64,000 nt of DNA from a virus (IMGVR_UViG_3300028412_000003), one strand, 5' to 3'. Positions 39,501-47,193 are shown, counted from the stretch's first letter. Notes: generated from the sequence alone by a model not told the origin. Numbers and translations are program-made.

Positions 39501-40571
39501 ATCGCTACCAGATGTAGTAACATAAAGATTAGTAGGAGAATAATAACTGTTTTGGTCAACGTAATATTTGGATGCCGCTTTGTAATCTTCTAATCCGCCA
39601 GGACCAATTACACCCTCTAGTTCTCCGGGATGATCATCTAAATAAAGAGGACCAGCCATTCTGTCACCTTGACGTCGAATTGTGCTTTTACGTGGTAGTG
39701 CTTCGGTGTCTTCCCAGAATCCCATTAGATCCGAGTCGTAACTATTATTAACTAATGTTTGTGTTCCGGAACCACCAGATGCTGTTATCACGTTTGTATT
39801 AGCCCTAGCATCAGATGCAGAAGGATACAAAGCAATACTGTTTTCGTTTGTTCTTCTTATATAATAAGTATTTCCGGATGTTAAATTAGTTGCTGCGGTT
39901 CCTGTACTCGTGTATGTGTAGGCTGCACCCGTGGAAGCGCGTGTTAAGTTGTGCGCTGCTACAACAGCTTTACCAGCGCTGTAGCCGCTTACAGCAAGGG
40001 TATAGCTGCTGGCATTTGCGGGTTCGTTGCGTACATTAGCGTATTCTCCAGGATTTCCTCGAGCAAGATAATTCTCATCAACATACTTAATATCCGGAAC
40101 AAGATCTTGTACTTCAAATCCAGCACCGTGCTTAGTAACAAAATCAATTGCATCTGTTGTATCAGTTCCTACATTTCCAATTGCAAATCCTGCTACATTA
40201 AGAGGGCCACCTGCTGTTGGAGTTGTGTCTTCACTTACTTTTGAATTTCTTGTAGTTACAACGATATTGCCTTCGTTTGTAAAATCAAACCTAACAGTAT
40301 CATCACCTACGTCTCCAGTAAGGAAACCATTTGAAACTAATTCTCTAAAAATTAATCCGTCAGCTGTTGAATTAACAACTGTGACGGTATTTTCTTTGTC
40401 TGTATATTCACTTGGAGTATCACTAAGACTTTCAAAAGTAAGTTGGCCTTCAATACCAAATGCGGCGTAAAGTTCTAAGAAATTTTCGTTTACTTTACGA
40501 AAAGATTCTCGTATTGCATCACCGGTACCGTCATTACCTTCTACACCTATATCAACTAATTGTCTTGCCAT
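33510..40571 (-). CDS. Very large tail fibre/receptor-binding protein (2353 aa)
   Basis: gp9/gp10-type N-terminus (VDIGVEGNDGTGDAIRESFRKVNENFLELY), beta-helix-like middle, APANGSDAATKDYVD fibre motif, C-terminal YADLAENY...VALTGRVP chaperone/autocleavage-like domain. Confidence 0.8.
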   Translation of the reverse strand: MARQLVDIGVEGNDGTGDAIRESFRKVNENFLELYAAFGIEGQLTFESLSDTPSEYTDKENTVTVVNSTADGLIFRELVSNGFLTGDVGDDTVRFDFTNEGNIVVTTRNSKVSEDTTPTAGGPLNVAGFAIGNVGTDTTDAIDFVTKHGAGFEVQDLVPDIKYVDENYLARGNPGEYANVRNEPANASSYTLAVSGYSAGKAVVAAHNLTRASTGAAYTYTSTGTAATNLTSGNTYYIRRTNENSIALYPSASDARANTNVITASGGSGTQTLVNNSYDSDLMGFWEDTEALPRKSTIRRQGDRMAGPLYLDDHPGELEGVIGPGGLEDYKAASKYYVDQNSYYSPTNLYVTTSGSDIQNDIPLANQGRSARAAFASINRAAQKAEEIMISAPVEPGPYVQTIVYDNATGVSVTSTAGIKSPVAGRSAVKNLIDANRSFIVEETIAFINSTYTNFTYDESTCRRDVGLILDSIVLDVLSGNNANYLSRQSGLRYYSNPSAQTAISEQLTQTLAAINKIKNLTNDILQNLTVTSLQTGDAIVTQTIDVLEVVDGTSLSSVAAKFNIIIDIINDGPLEAPNVVDGSVYQISFTNGGMGYVDQGNENNTDLLPGKLVRGKTSGALGIIVQYRREVDPSTTTPTGNDQFDLILTEPIEFILGEQLEYANRVKERQISIRVESGIYYEDFPIRVSENVSIKGDEFRRVIVRPKDQASQSYWANTYFYRDLEFDGLTGDSGSVTGIEDTNLPTAGIPYIDPLTGTQVGWFGRHYLYDPTSDIDISSFGATNPGNYIEAAELVNRNREFIAEEVIEYINATYPSLTYNTSTCRRDVGLIIDAIVSDMINGGRAETLRAQGSYFYQTALSVIASQASETEDGINYIKTIVASVLDNSAFGAKLGSVDQVIDTDYTPESGSGTAFNSLVNLVAYAFDADFNPPKHNRELDVFMMGDATIIRNLTVQGHGGFMMVLDPDGQVLTKSPYFQTGSSFSQSLNRQTFRGGMFIDAFCANIQVNVVSKTTPFILQVESDAGSGLFVRRPQVPAPFYIDGNRFQLVAVTDYDSGTGTATFYLDPTSNEGTGFTGVTSILPTGVDLDSLPVTVTIQTAGNRSMLGNDFVQMNDLGYGLVCVNGGLSEIVSQFTYYCWTAYYSKNGSEIRSLNGSNAYGEYGLVAEGADPNEIPDDIILRDNMIQPFKIFKSNTTLKLTGTVSVVSGETLTQASSGATGDVIFDSDTNQVYLETVSGTFDTANTLTGSTSGALGANSIPTSVTIDGFNNDVEAISLYVYDLDHNPQNNGEIDVLHDSGTLARYELSNVTKITNRIVGGVINPTFSYGGSGTSASFNIKKTVDNGYLVDIVSGGSGYTAAETATISGAILGGASPANDLTITFDTVSGGGSILTASGAGTVPANNDTPIKDGQVYRFNFTVSESGFAENGLIEATAAKIPGTVRQNAGFVFTDISNRDTLAVKPSTAVNFDNEATTTYRSIAFGSTESTGEEIATGSSLVTFDSPYDYIRLIVNITEAANADPRGGGGTMGSTIGDTIIAITELTEDAEINRLNSGNMIFGWDGKLHRISNYVDRGSYGTIEITDVDGSDIINSASSSSGLITPVVQGTNTITLRAGLTAGETGTITINISTCRVTGHDFLNIGTGSFNQSNFPNVLFGNPRNPQQANEVEERTKGRVFYVSTDQDGVFRVGRFFTVDQGTGTVTFAASIALSNLDGFGFKRGVVISEFSTDTSMADNASDIVPTQSAIRGYVNRRLGFNHVGDTVTDLIGPGVVAATGGQLTGNLNAGANTITNLAAPANGSDAATKDYVDGLIEDFDTFEELRNTFPNSYDSGQIVIATGRKKIYVNNVVNGPFAEGDVIDNGTGGTGTVVDVQSVSGDTLYGNGVLITYSVLAGAISNGNTITVTIGSKSASVISNPFNEISNADISSSSDITTSVTRTSGIVEVSLDYRAGSIANADINASAAISQSKLTMNAATTRANASGISQSDLGLASFDSSTFTSTNGWVELTNGALTLSKLETIANNRILGNISGGALAPYAIPSTTGSGINSVLLTQNDGSIRVESLRLGGNNTYEVLSLSGTQLNVKTPAQGTVFTANGAVKPTMQVPGNIDIGSAGTTQSILQTNSALAGESNLAVDWIYSSFIEAPAERGTASTGIAIGASTGVTTAGQVGILVADVGGGTTVKPFTFSKTGVVPDVDAVYDIGSASFGYNVIYGTSTSARYADLAENYTADAIYEPGTVVVFGGEFEITIGSRKGDVRVAGVVSTNPAHLMNDKMTGENVTAVALTGRVPTKVLGKIKKGDLMVTSPIKGYACVDNNAKIGTIIGKALENKDDDGYGIIEVVVGRV

Positions 40572-40593
40572 TATTACTCCATTAAGGGATCAC

Positions 40594-40941
40594 TTAGGGA
40601 TCCATACTATCTACATCATAACTAAAACTTGTTCCGCAACCACAAGAACTAGACGCACTTGGATTTTCTATAGTAAACATAGCTCCAAACTTACTATCCT
40701 TGTAATCTAATATTGATCCAAATAAGAACATAATACTTTCTTGTCCAATAACTAGATTGCCGTTTTCTGTTTTAATAATTTCATCAAGGTCTCGTACTTC
40801 TTCTAAATCAACAAATCCCCAATCATATTCAAATCCGGCACATCCGCCGCCTTTTACATTAAGAGAGACGGCATACTTACCTTCTTCTTTGCAAAGAGAT
40901 TCAATTTTCTTAGTTGCTGTTTCAGTTAATTGTACAATCAT
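40594..40941 (-). CDS. iscA: IscA/SufA/ErpA (HesB-family) A-type Fe-S carrier
   Basis: VKGGGCAGFEY and SCGCGTSF with the three conserved cysteines. Confidence 0.92.
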   Translation of the reverse strand: MIVQLTETATKKIESLCKEEGKYAVSLNVKGGGCAGFEYDWGFVDLEEVRDLDEIIKTENGNLVIGQESIMFLFGSILDYKDSKFGAMFTIENPSASSSCGCGTSFSYDVDSMDP

Positions 40942-40956
40942 TGTTTCTTCCTCTTG

Positions 40957-40964
40957 TATTTATA
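40957..40964 (-). promoter_or_regulatory. Late promoter TATAAATA (full T4 late consensus) with GAGG leader
   Basis: Motif 15 nt upstream of the iscA ATG. Confidence 0.6.
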
Positions 40965-40986
40965 TGTATCGTTTGTAAGCCTAATG

Positions 40987-40992
40987 TAAATA
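40987..40992 (+). promoter_or_regulatory. Late promoter TAAATA, leaderless (CAAT-ATG)
   Basis: 4 nt before the ATG at 40997; divergent from the iscA promoter. Confidence 0.55.
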
Positions 40993-40996
40993 CAAT

Positions 40997-41284
40997 ATGA
41001 TATTAGGACAAACGGTGTTAAAAAGAATTCATGTACGGACTAGTAAAAACGGACATGAACATGAATATTATCGAAGAGCAACGATAGTTAATCTTCGATG
41101 CGATAGTTGTGGGTGTGACTTCCAAAGAGAAAGACGCAAAATGGATCCAAAGCGTCTTTCTAATAATTATTTTCATGTTTGTTCTAATTGTGATGCAAAA
41201 AGATTTGCACAAAAAAGAGGTATTGAAAAAAAGCAAATATGGAACATAAAAGCTTCAAGTGATTTACCAATAGGTAAATTATAA
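40997..41284 (+). CDS. Basic Zn-finger-like protein
   Basis: CDSC...CSNC; leaderless late start supports a real plus-strand gene. Confidence 0.65.
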   Translation: MILGQTVLKRIHVRTSKNGHEHEYYRRATIVNLRCDSCGCDFQRERRKMDPKRLSNNYFHVCSNCDAKRFAQKRGIEKKQIWNIKASSDLPIGKL

Positions 41285-41473
41285 CTTTGGTTCAACCTCT
41301 TTTTTGAATACTCGGTATGCACCATATGCAATAGCAACCCATGCTGCAATGTAAAGCAACGGTTTGAATAACAATGCAACAACGCCAATTGCAATAAGAG
41401 CAAATCCATCCCATGTAGTAGGTTCTCCAAACCTTGCTACAATCCAAGACCAAATCATATTTAGATATTCCAT
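41279..41473 (-). CDS. Small membrane protein
   Basis: RFGEPTTWDG followed by two hydrophobic helices; GGAG RBS. Confidence 0.65.
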   Translation of the reverse strand: MEYLNMIWSWIVARFGEPTTWDGFALIAIGVVALLFKPLLYIAAWVAIAYGAYRVFKKEVEPKL

Positions 41474-41484
41474 TTTATTCTCCT

Positions 41485-41787
41485 TTATGTCCTGCGACTG
41501 TTAATGAGGGAGACTGTTCTAGTTAACTCTTCTTGTAAGCGGTTTAATCTAACTACCCTTTTTTCTAAACCTTCAATTAATGCTTTCTGAGAACGTATTT
41601 GATCTTCTAAACTTTGAACATACTTGTGAGTTGGGATAGATTTTTCCATTCCATCTTCTCCAAGCATAACAAAATGATCAACACCTTGCCCTCTAAGGCC
41701 GCCGGCCACTCTATTAGGATTTTTATTATCAATTTGTGTAATAGGTGTACGACGTTTGCCATACATTTGATTTATAGAACTAGACAT
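41485..41787 (-). CDS. Hypothetical coiled-coil protein
   Basis: GAGGTG RBS and GATAAATA late promoter at 41803-41810. Confidence 0.7.
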   Translation of the reverse strand: MSSSINQMYGKRRTPITQIDNKNPNRVAGGLRGQGVDHFVMLGEDGMEKSIPTHKYVQSLEDQIRSQKALIEGLEKRVVRLNRLQEELTRTVSLINSRRT

Positions 41788-41805
41788 TTTTCACCTCGTT
41801 TATAT

Positions 41806-42672
41806 TTATCCCCAATTTTCTTTACACCATGGATCTATGCAATTATGTGGATTGGGATCTCCATGAAATACTGCAATTGAAGTGTTTTGTAATATCCTAG
41901 GTTCTCCTGCAGTTTCAAAATTGCGATGACCTCGGGTATCTCTTGTCATTCTTGGTTTACCTCTCATTTCCCATTTATAGCTTTGTATCCATTCATCCGG
42001 CCAGTATTCCCATTTTTCAGGAACACGAGTCATTTTAGCAAATATCCAATCTTGATCTCCGTGATATCTTCTGCTATTAATTTTTGGATCTTTTATGAAA
42101 TCTTCATAGATATGACTGTTTTGCCCAGTTTCTAAACGAAAAACACTTGAATTCATTTTTTGATAATTCTTGACGTTTGTTCGATTAAAATCTCTTATTA
42201 TACAAAACTTTTCGGGTTGGTATTGAAACAAATAATCTATATTTTGAAATATAATTAAGTCAAGATCTAAGTATAGAATAGTTCCTTCTAATCCTAAATT
42301 AGGATTAAAGAACATAGGTTTATACCACCATCCCGAAACAGCAATATGAGGAAGAGGCATAATTTTTATTTCGGGATCTATGTCCGTTGGATCTTCAGTA
42401 AAGCAAACAAATTCGTGTTCAAGTGTTAGGTTTCTTTTTGTCATTCGATGAAGATTGTTTACATATTCTGCTCTGTACTTGGTTCCATGTTTTAGACATA
42501 CTACGTACCGCTTCTTTCCATCGTTCTTGGGTACTAGGGGCAATTCCGGAGGGAGGATAGGGACTGTAGAAAGAACCGGCGTCAAAAGTTGTTTTTCCTT
42601 TATAAGACGTTCTTTCTCTTTTCGAGCTTTTCGTTGGTCCTTTGTTTCTCCCGGCGTGTAAACTTTTGTCAA
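41806..42672 (-). CDS. GT-A fold glycosyltransferase
   Basis: VVCLKHGTKY...YVNNL, FVCFTED, GWWYK, LYLDLD (DxD), NSSV, GDQDWI, VFHGDPNP. Confidence 0.8.
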   Translation of the reverse strand: MTKVYTPGETKDQRKARKEKERLIKEKQLLTPVLSTVPILPPELPLVPKNDGKKRYVVCLKHGTKYRAEYVNNLHRMTKRNLTLEHEFVCFTEDPTDIDPEIKIMPLPHIAVSGWWYKPMFFNPNLGLEGTILYLDLDLIIFQNIDYLFQYQPEKFCIIRDFNRTNVKNYQKMNSSVFRLETGQNSHIYEDFIKDPKINSRRYHGDQDWIFAKMTRVPEKWEYWPDEWIQSYKWEMRGKPRMTRDTRGHRNFETAGEPRILQNTSIAVFHGDPNPHNCIDPWCKENWG

Positions 42673-42675
42673 TTG

Positions 42676-42843
42676 TCACCCCTTTATAGAAAGCAAATAT
42701 TCCTTTGCTCTGGTCCATCTATCTTGAATATATACTTCGTTTAAATCAGCATGACTAAATAACCATTCTGCTTTCAATATACGAGACTTTGCTTGAACCT
42801 TAACCGTTTTAATGTCATTTATAACCAATTTATTATCTTTCAT
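42676..42843 (-). CDS. Small hypothetical protein
   Basis: Start trimmed to MKDNK, overlapping the queD stop region. Confidence 0.5.
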   Translation of the reverse strand: MKDNKLVINDIKTVKVQAKSRILKAEWLFSHADLNEVYIQDRWTRAKEYLLSIKG

Positions 42844-43327
42844 ATATAGCAGAATTAGCGCCATGTTCAAAAACTTCTACACTGACTAATTTTACTGATT
42901 CCCCTGCTGGATATCTTCCAGAGCCATTTTTAAATTCTTCAAGCATATCATTCATTGCATTGTATGCAAGTTCAGCAAATACTTCGCATCCAACATGATC
43001 TATAATACGCAGATCACATATTCCCATGTCGTTAAATCCACCATCTAATTCATTCATCTTTATAAAGAAATCAAGCATTGGATCATCTCTTGCTATTATT
43101 AAAGTATGATCAAACATGTATTCTGCCCATTCTTTAAATGGTTTGAGAGAACCAAAATCCATTACCCAATTACGGTCATCTAATGTTTCAGTTGAGAAGA
43201 TAAGTTTAATGCCTATTGAATATCCATGTAGTAAAGAGCAATGTGAATGAGCTGCACGCCATTGTCTAAAACAACAAGATAATCCTCTATCGTTTCCATA
43301 AGTCTTAGTTGAATAATATTTTGTCAT
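42833..43327 (-). CDS. queD: 6-carboxy-5,6,7,8-tetrahydropterin synthase QueD
   Basis: HSHCSLLHGY (CxxxHG), WVMDFG, FDHT, GCEVFAE, VEVFEHGANSA. Confidence 0.9.
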   Translation of the reverse strand: MTKYYSTKTYGNDRGLSCCFRQWRAAHSHCSLLHGYSIGIKLIFSTETLDDRNWVMDFGSLKPFKEWAEYMFDHTLIIARDDPMLDFFIKMNELDGGFNDMGICDLRIIDHVGCEVFAELAYNAMNDMLEEFKNGSGRYPAGESVKLVSVEVFEHGANSAIYER

Positions 43328-43335
43328 TGTACCTC

Positions 43336-43603
43336 TTATAATAATTCTTTTTTCATACCTTCAATATCTTGGTATGAACATTCTCCTTTTATATCAATAT
43401 CTGCATCAGTTTCAATCCATAACTTGGCTCCGCAATTTAATGGATTTTTTTGATCATATACCATTTTACTTGGGCCTTTGATATCTACTGACATTCCATA
43501 AAGAGAAATGTCTCCAATTTGGATTCTGCAAACTGGAAAATTAGTTCCATGCTTTGCATTATATTGTATGATGTTTCGATTGATATGTATGAATTTTTTT
43601 CAT
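43336..43603 (-). pseudogene. Frameshifted 88-aa conserved phage protein (MKK/FIHINRNIIQYNAKHG...GPSKMVYDQKNPLNCGAKLWIET...)
   Basis: ATG followed by an A7 run; removing one A joins the ATG to an 85-codon frame ending TAA at 43336; span 268 nt = 89 codons + 1. Confidence 0.7.
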
Positions 43604-43609
43604 ATGTTT

Positions 43610-43638
43610 ATACTACTAGAAAAACGTTGAATTGTCAA
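43610..43638 (-). promoter_or_regulatory. sigma70-type promoter TTGACA-N17-TAGTAT, leaderless (AAACAT-ATG)
   Basis: -10 ends 6 nt before the ATG at 43603; would also drive queD and the GT gene. Confidence 0.7.
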
Positions 43639-44182
43639 GTGAAACATTAGGATGGTTCCATTTATCCGGTAATATCCATTCAATAGGTTGATGTATAGTA
43701 AACGTAACATTAGAATATATTTCCATTAGTTTTCCAATTTGCAAAATCCAATATCTTGGATCTATTGCTCGATGGTCTTCATTGTTGTAATTTCTAGTAC
43801 CTTTATAAATATTGTTTATCTTTTTATTAGAACTATGTAGATCAAATCCGATAAGATCTAATTTATTATCTAATTTACAACCTAACAATACAGCATAGGG
43901 ACCACTACCCCAATTAAAAGGTTCATCCCATCTGTTGTTATCTTCATAAGGAAGACTAGGAACTGTTTTAATTCTTTTAAAAGAACTAACCCAATCATTT
44001 CTAGTATAGATAGAATTATGTCCTAGTTCAGTTGCTTCAATTGCCATTCTTCGATCAACACAGATTAAATGATCAACTTCATAATCTCTTACGATTGCGT
44101 TACATCCAATTTTAATAGTTTTTATCTTGTCAATATCAATTGTTTCTCGACTCTGACCGTTCGCTAAGATTGTGATAGTCAC
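43616..44182 (-). CDS. DUF115/MptE-like Rossmann protein (sugar-transfer-like)
   Basis: ILANGQS, IGCNAI, LICVD, SGPYAV, LIGFD pattern; GTG start. Confidence 0.5.
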   Translation of the reverse strand: MTITILANGQSRETIDIDKIKTIKIGCNAIVRDYEVDHLICVDRRMAIEATELGHNSIYTRNDWVSSFKRIKTVPSLPYEDNNRWDEPFNWGSGPYAVLLGCKLDNKLDLIGFDLHSSNKKINNIYKGTRNYNNEDHRAIDPRYWILQIGKLMEIYSNVTFTIHQPIEWILPDKWNHPNVSLDNSTFF

Positions 44183-44531
44183 TTATGTCTTCTATCCTTG
44201 TATTAATTAATTCTTGTGTTTCCATTAATAGTTCATTTACGAGTCTAAATTGTTCTGTTAATTCTTTAAATTGTTTGTATGTATTGGCAACAGAATAAAC
44301 TACCCACCACCAAAATATAAAAGTAGTGGTAGCAAATCCAGAAGCAATCATAATTAATGCCCAATCTTGCCAAATTACGGGAGCAAAAAATCCAATTAAC
44401 ACTAGTAAAAATAGAGTAACAAGTGGAACACAATGCCAAATATTTATTGGTATCTTATTTGCTCTTCTTGAATTTTTCAATACAGTAATTAATTCTTCTA
44501 TCACGATCCAATTTGTCCAAAAGTTTTCCAT
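44136..44531 (-). CDS. Two-TM membrane protein with coiled coil
   Basis: Two hydrophobic helices; start trimmed to MENFW. Confidence 0.65.
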   Translation of the reverse strand: MENFWTNWIVIEELITVLKNSRRANKIPINIWHCVPLVTLFLLVLIGFFAPVIWQDWALIMIASGFATTTFIFWWWVVYSVANTYKQFKELTEQFRLVNELLMETQELINTRIEDISDYHNLSERSESRNN

Positions 44532-45865
44532 ATACCGGGTGTACCGGATCTTACACAAACCCAACCTACCCAACCTGTTGGTTTAGGAGAATCGTTCCAT
44601 ACGATATCTCCTATTTTATAAGAACCTCCCTTTGGAGGTTCTGAATTAACGCTAAATTTACGTCCTGATATTCTAACTGGTCCACCAGTTTCAAAGTCAA
44701 CATCACCATCTGGATGATTAACATTGATATTTAAGTTTCCGTGTATTGTCGTAGTGTTTGGTTTATTCTTAGTTCCGAGTGAAATATTACCGGTTCGAGA
44801 AATTGCAATACGAACAGTGTCATCTGTTATAATATGAAGGTCATCAGTTGTCCAAGTTCCGGTGCGTACTGCTTCGCGATCTACATCTATTATGTATTCT
44901 GCTTCGTAACTAGCTAGACTTAGCATAGCATTTGGAGCTTCGGTACCTAATCCCATTCGACCAGCTTTAGAATCCCAAAAAAGGAATTCGTCTATATTCA
45001 TATTACCTACAACCCTTAATCCTTGTAGAACTCCAACCTCTTTTAAGTTTGATTTTGTAACAGCAGTACCGAGAGAAGTTTCACTTAATACTTCTCTGTT
45101 GTTAATTCGATAAACTTTACCTTTTTGAACATCAATGTCATCTGAACTCCAAAGTCTTTCGTTACCTATTCTATATACAAATTGGTGTGAAGGACCATCT
45201 TCATCTGCCCATTGCAATCCTTTACCAACAACGGTTGAACCTTTTTCAGGTATAAAATTAAGTGAAGACGAACGTTCTAATCTACTATCACTTGTTAAAT
45301 TATTAACATGCAATGATTCAACTGTTAGATTTCCTTTAATCCTTACGTCGTTTAGAAATTCTACTTCACCTTTCCAATTCGATGCTTCAATAGTATTTGT
45401 CTTAAGTCCAGAATCATTTATTGTAACAGAGGTTGAAAATGCTTCGTCTGTTATTCCTGTACTTTGGAATTTAGCTATCTTCCCACCGATTATCTTATCA
45501 CCACTTATGCTTCTATCATTTATAACAAAAGGAGCAACAGGTTTGTTTAAAGATTTTTCTGCAATAGTTTGAACTGAGGTAAGTTGTTCTTGTAATCTAT
45601 CTAATGTAGGGGAGAATATTTCCCCTCTTACATTTAAATTACCGAGAAGACCTAAATGAGTAGTGATGAGCTTAATTTGAGCATGTTCAACTGCTATACC
45701 ATCGTCTGATACAACTAAAACTTTTTTGGAAGAATTGTCAGTTATTCCTGCGCTAGAAAATCTACCTAAGTTTCTAGCATCAATTGGTCTTGAGAAACCC
45801 TCGATCGCTGTTCCCAACTGATCGAGGGCACTCTTTACTTTTTTTATTTCTTCGTCGGCTTTCAT
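44501..45865 (-). CDS. Putative tail structural protein
   Basis: Repeated F.S.GITD...V...D.G units and C-terminal GDIVWN..P...GWVGWVC..SGTPG.WK.FG; leaderless late promoter. Confidence 0.6.
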   Translation of the reverse strand: MKADEEIKKVKSALDQLGTAIEGFSRPIDARNLGRFSSAGITDNSSKKVLVVSDDGIAVEHAQIKLITTHLGLLGNLNVRGEIFSPTLDRLQEQLTSVQTIAEKSLNKPVAPFVINDRSISGDKIIGGKIAKFQSTGITDEAFSTSVTINDSGLKTNTIEASNWKGEVEFLNDVRIKGNLTVESLHVNNLTSDSRLERSSSLNFIPEKGSTVVGKGLQWADEDGPSHQFVYRIGNERLWSSDDIDVQKGKVYRINNREVLSETSLGTAVTKSNLKEVGVLQGLRVVGNMNIDEFLFWDSKAGRMGLGTEAPNAMLSLASYEAEYIIDVDREAVRTGTWTTDDLHIITDDTVRIAISRTGNISLGTKNKPNTTTIHGNLNINVNHPDGDVDFETGGPVRISGRKFSVNSEPPKGGSYKIGDIVWNDSPKPTGWVGWVCVRSGTPGIWKTFGQIGS

Positions 45866-45870
45866 ACTCG

Positions 45871-45878
45871 TATTTATC
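45871..45878 (-). promoter_or_regulatory. Late promoter GATAAATA, leaderless (CGAGT-ATG)
   Basis: 5 nt before the ATG at 45865. Confidence 0.65.
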
Positions 45879-45885
45879 TACGAAC

Positions 45886-47193
45886 TTAACTTGCCTTTAA
45901 AATAATAGTATCTGCATTTAGTCTACCATTTAATTTAGTTTCAAGTGTGTTGATAGTTTCAAGATGCTTTCTTAACTTAACCTTACCTGCTGATTTAAAC
46001 TCTTTTAACTGTTCTTCTGGCTTTCGAAGAGTTCGTTGTAAACTTTCAGCTTCGACAAATCCTTGTATTGTTGTACCTTTAACTTGCAATCCAGATCCTT
46101 CTCTACTTATGCCAGTAGGATCAATATTAGCTGCAACATATCTTCCAATTTTTCGAGTCTTTGTATTAAAAACCCAAAGTTCATTTGCTCCTATTATATT
46201 TGAAGGATTAATAGAAACCAATTGATATTTTTCATCTTTTACTTTATATTTGATTTTGGCAACTTGTTTGTCTGCACTCTTAGGTTTTCGGACTGGGCTT
46301 TTTCGATTAGCCTTTCCTTCTTCAATTATCATATCAAGTGCACTATCTAATCCTTCTAAAGCAGAAAGTAGTTTTGTTACATCCGCTTTCTTTAAATGAG
46401 AATAACCTTCTTTTAATTGTTCAATCATATCACGCTCTCTATCATCCTTTATTATTTTTAACTTTGCAGGAGTTGGAGCGTTCTGTAATTCTCTCATTTC
46501 TTCTAGCTCACCTTCCATGAAAACTTTCATCTTTCTAGCATGAGCTTGTGTTATCTTTCTAGAAGCAAAATGTGAAGAAAAGTCAAATCCGTTTGGATCA
46601 AAAGTTTTTGGATCTTGTATAAAAGTTTCTAACCATTCGTCAATATCTCTATAAGCAATCACCGCTTGTTCTTTTATTCTATCTTGAATAGTTGGTTTGT
46701 ATTCTGTATTTGTTTTTGCTTTTTGTCTTTCTTCTTTCTTTTTAGCTTTGAGTAATTCCTTACCTTCTTCTAATACTTCTTCTATTTTGTTTTTAATAGT
46801 AGTGCTTACTGGATCTGGTTTCTTGTCAAATGTTCCTGGCAATTCTAGCCAATAATCATTCCAGTCTTCGTGTACGTCTGGCATTCCTGTTAACAAACAT
46901 TTAGATAATATGCAAGTGTTTATATTGATACGATAAGAAGGAACACATTTAATTGCATCTATTTCAGGCTTCTTGTATCCACCCATTTCTTGCATCCATT
47001 GAAACAAGAATTTTATCATATCAGCAGGCTTGTAGTTATCGTAATAAAATCTTATTCCTGCATGTCTTAATTTATGAAATTGCTCTCCGGAAAGCTCAGC
47101 GGCTCCGGTCCAATTAAAATCTAATAATTTTCCACCTCTTCTTACTAAAGGTGCTGCACGAGCTTTCTTTTTACGTGGTGCCTTAATTGCCAT
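45886..47193 (-). CDS. Conserved phage hypothetical protein (basic)
   Basis: 435-aa ORF with GGAG RBS and an early-type promoter. Confidence 0.75.
   Translation of the reverse strand: MAIKAPRKKKARAAPLVRRGGKLLDFNWTGAAELSGEQFHKLRHAGIRFYYDNYKPADMIKFLFQWMQEMGGYKKPEIDAIKCVPSYRININTCILSKCLLTGMPDVHEDWNDYWLELPGTFDKKPDPVSTTIKNKIEEVLEEGKELLKAKKKEERQKAKTNTEYKPTIQDRIKEQAVIAYRDIDEWLETFIQDPKTFDPNGFDFSSHFASRKITQAHARKMKVFMEGELEEMRELQNAPTPAKLKIIKDDRERDMIEQLKEGYSHLKKADVTKLLSALEGLDSALDMIIEEGKANRKSPVRKPKSADKQVAKIKYKVKDEKYQLVSINPSNIIGANELWVFNTKTRKIGRYVAANIDPTGISREGSGLQVKGTTIQGFVEAESLQRTLRKPEEQLKEFKSAGKVKLRKHLETINTLETKLNGRLNADTIILKAS

Noticed and set aside
33510-40571. Diversity-generating retroelement target in the large fibre
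   Set aside because: No reverse transcriptase and no adenine-variant template/variable repeat pair noticed in this window; cannot exclude one elsewhere.
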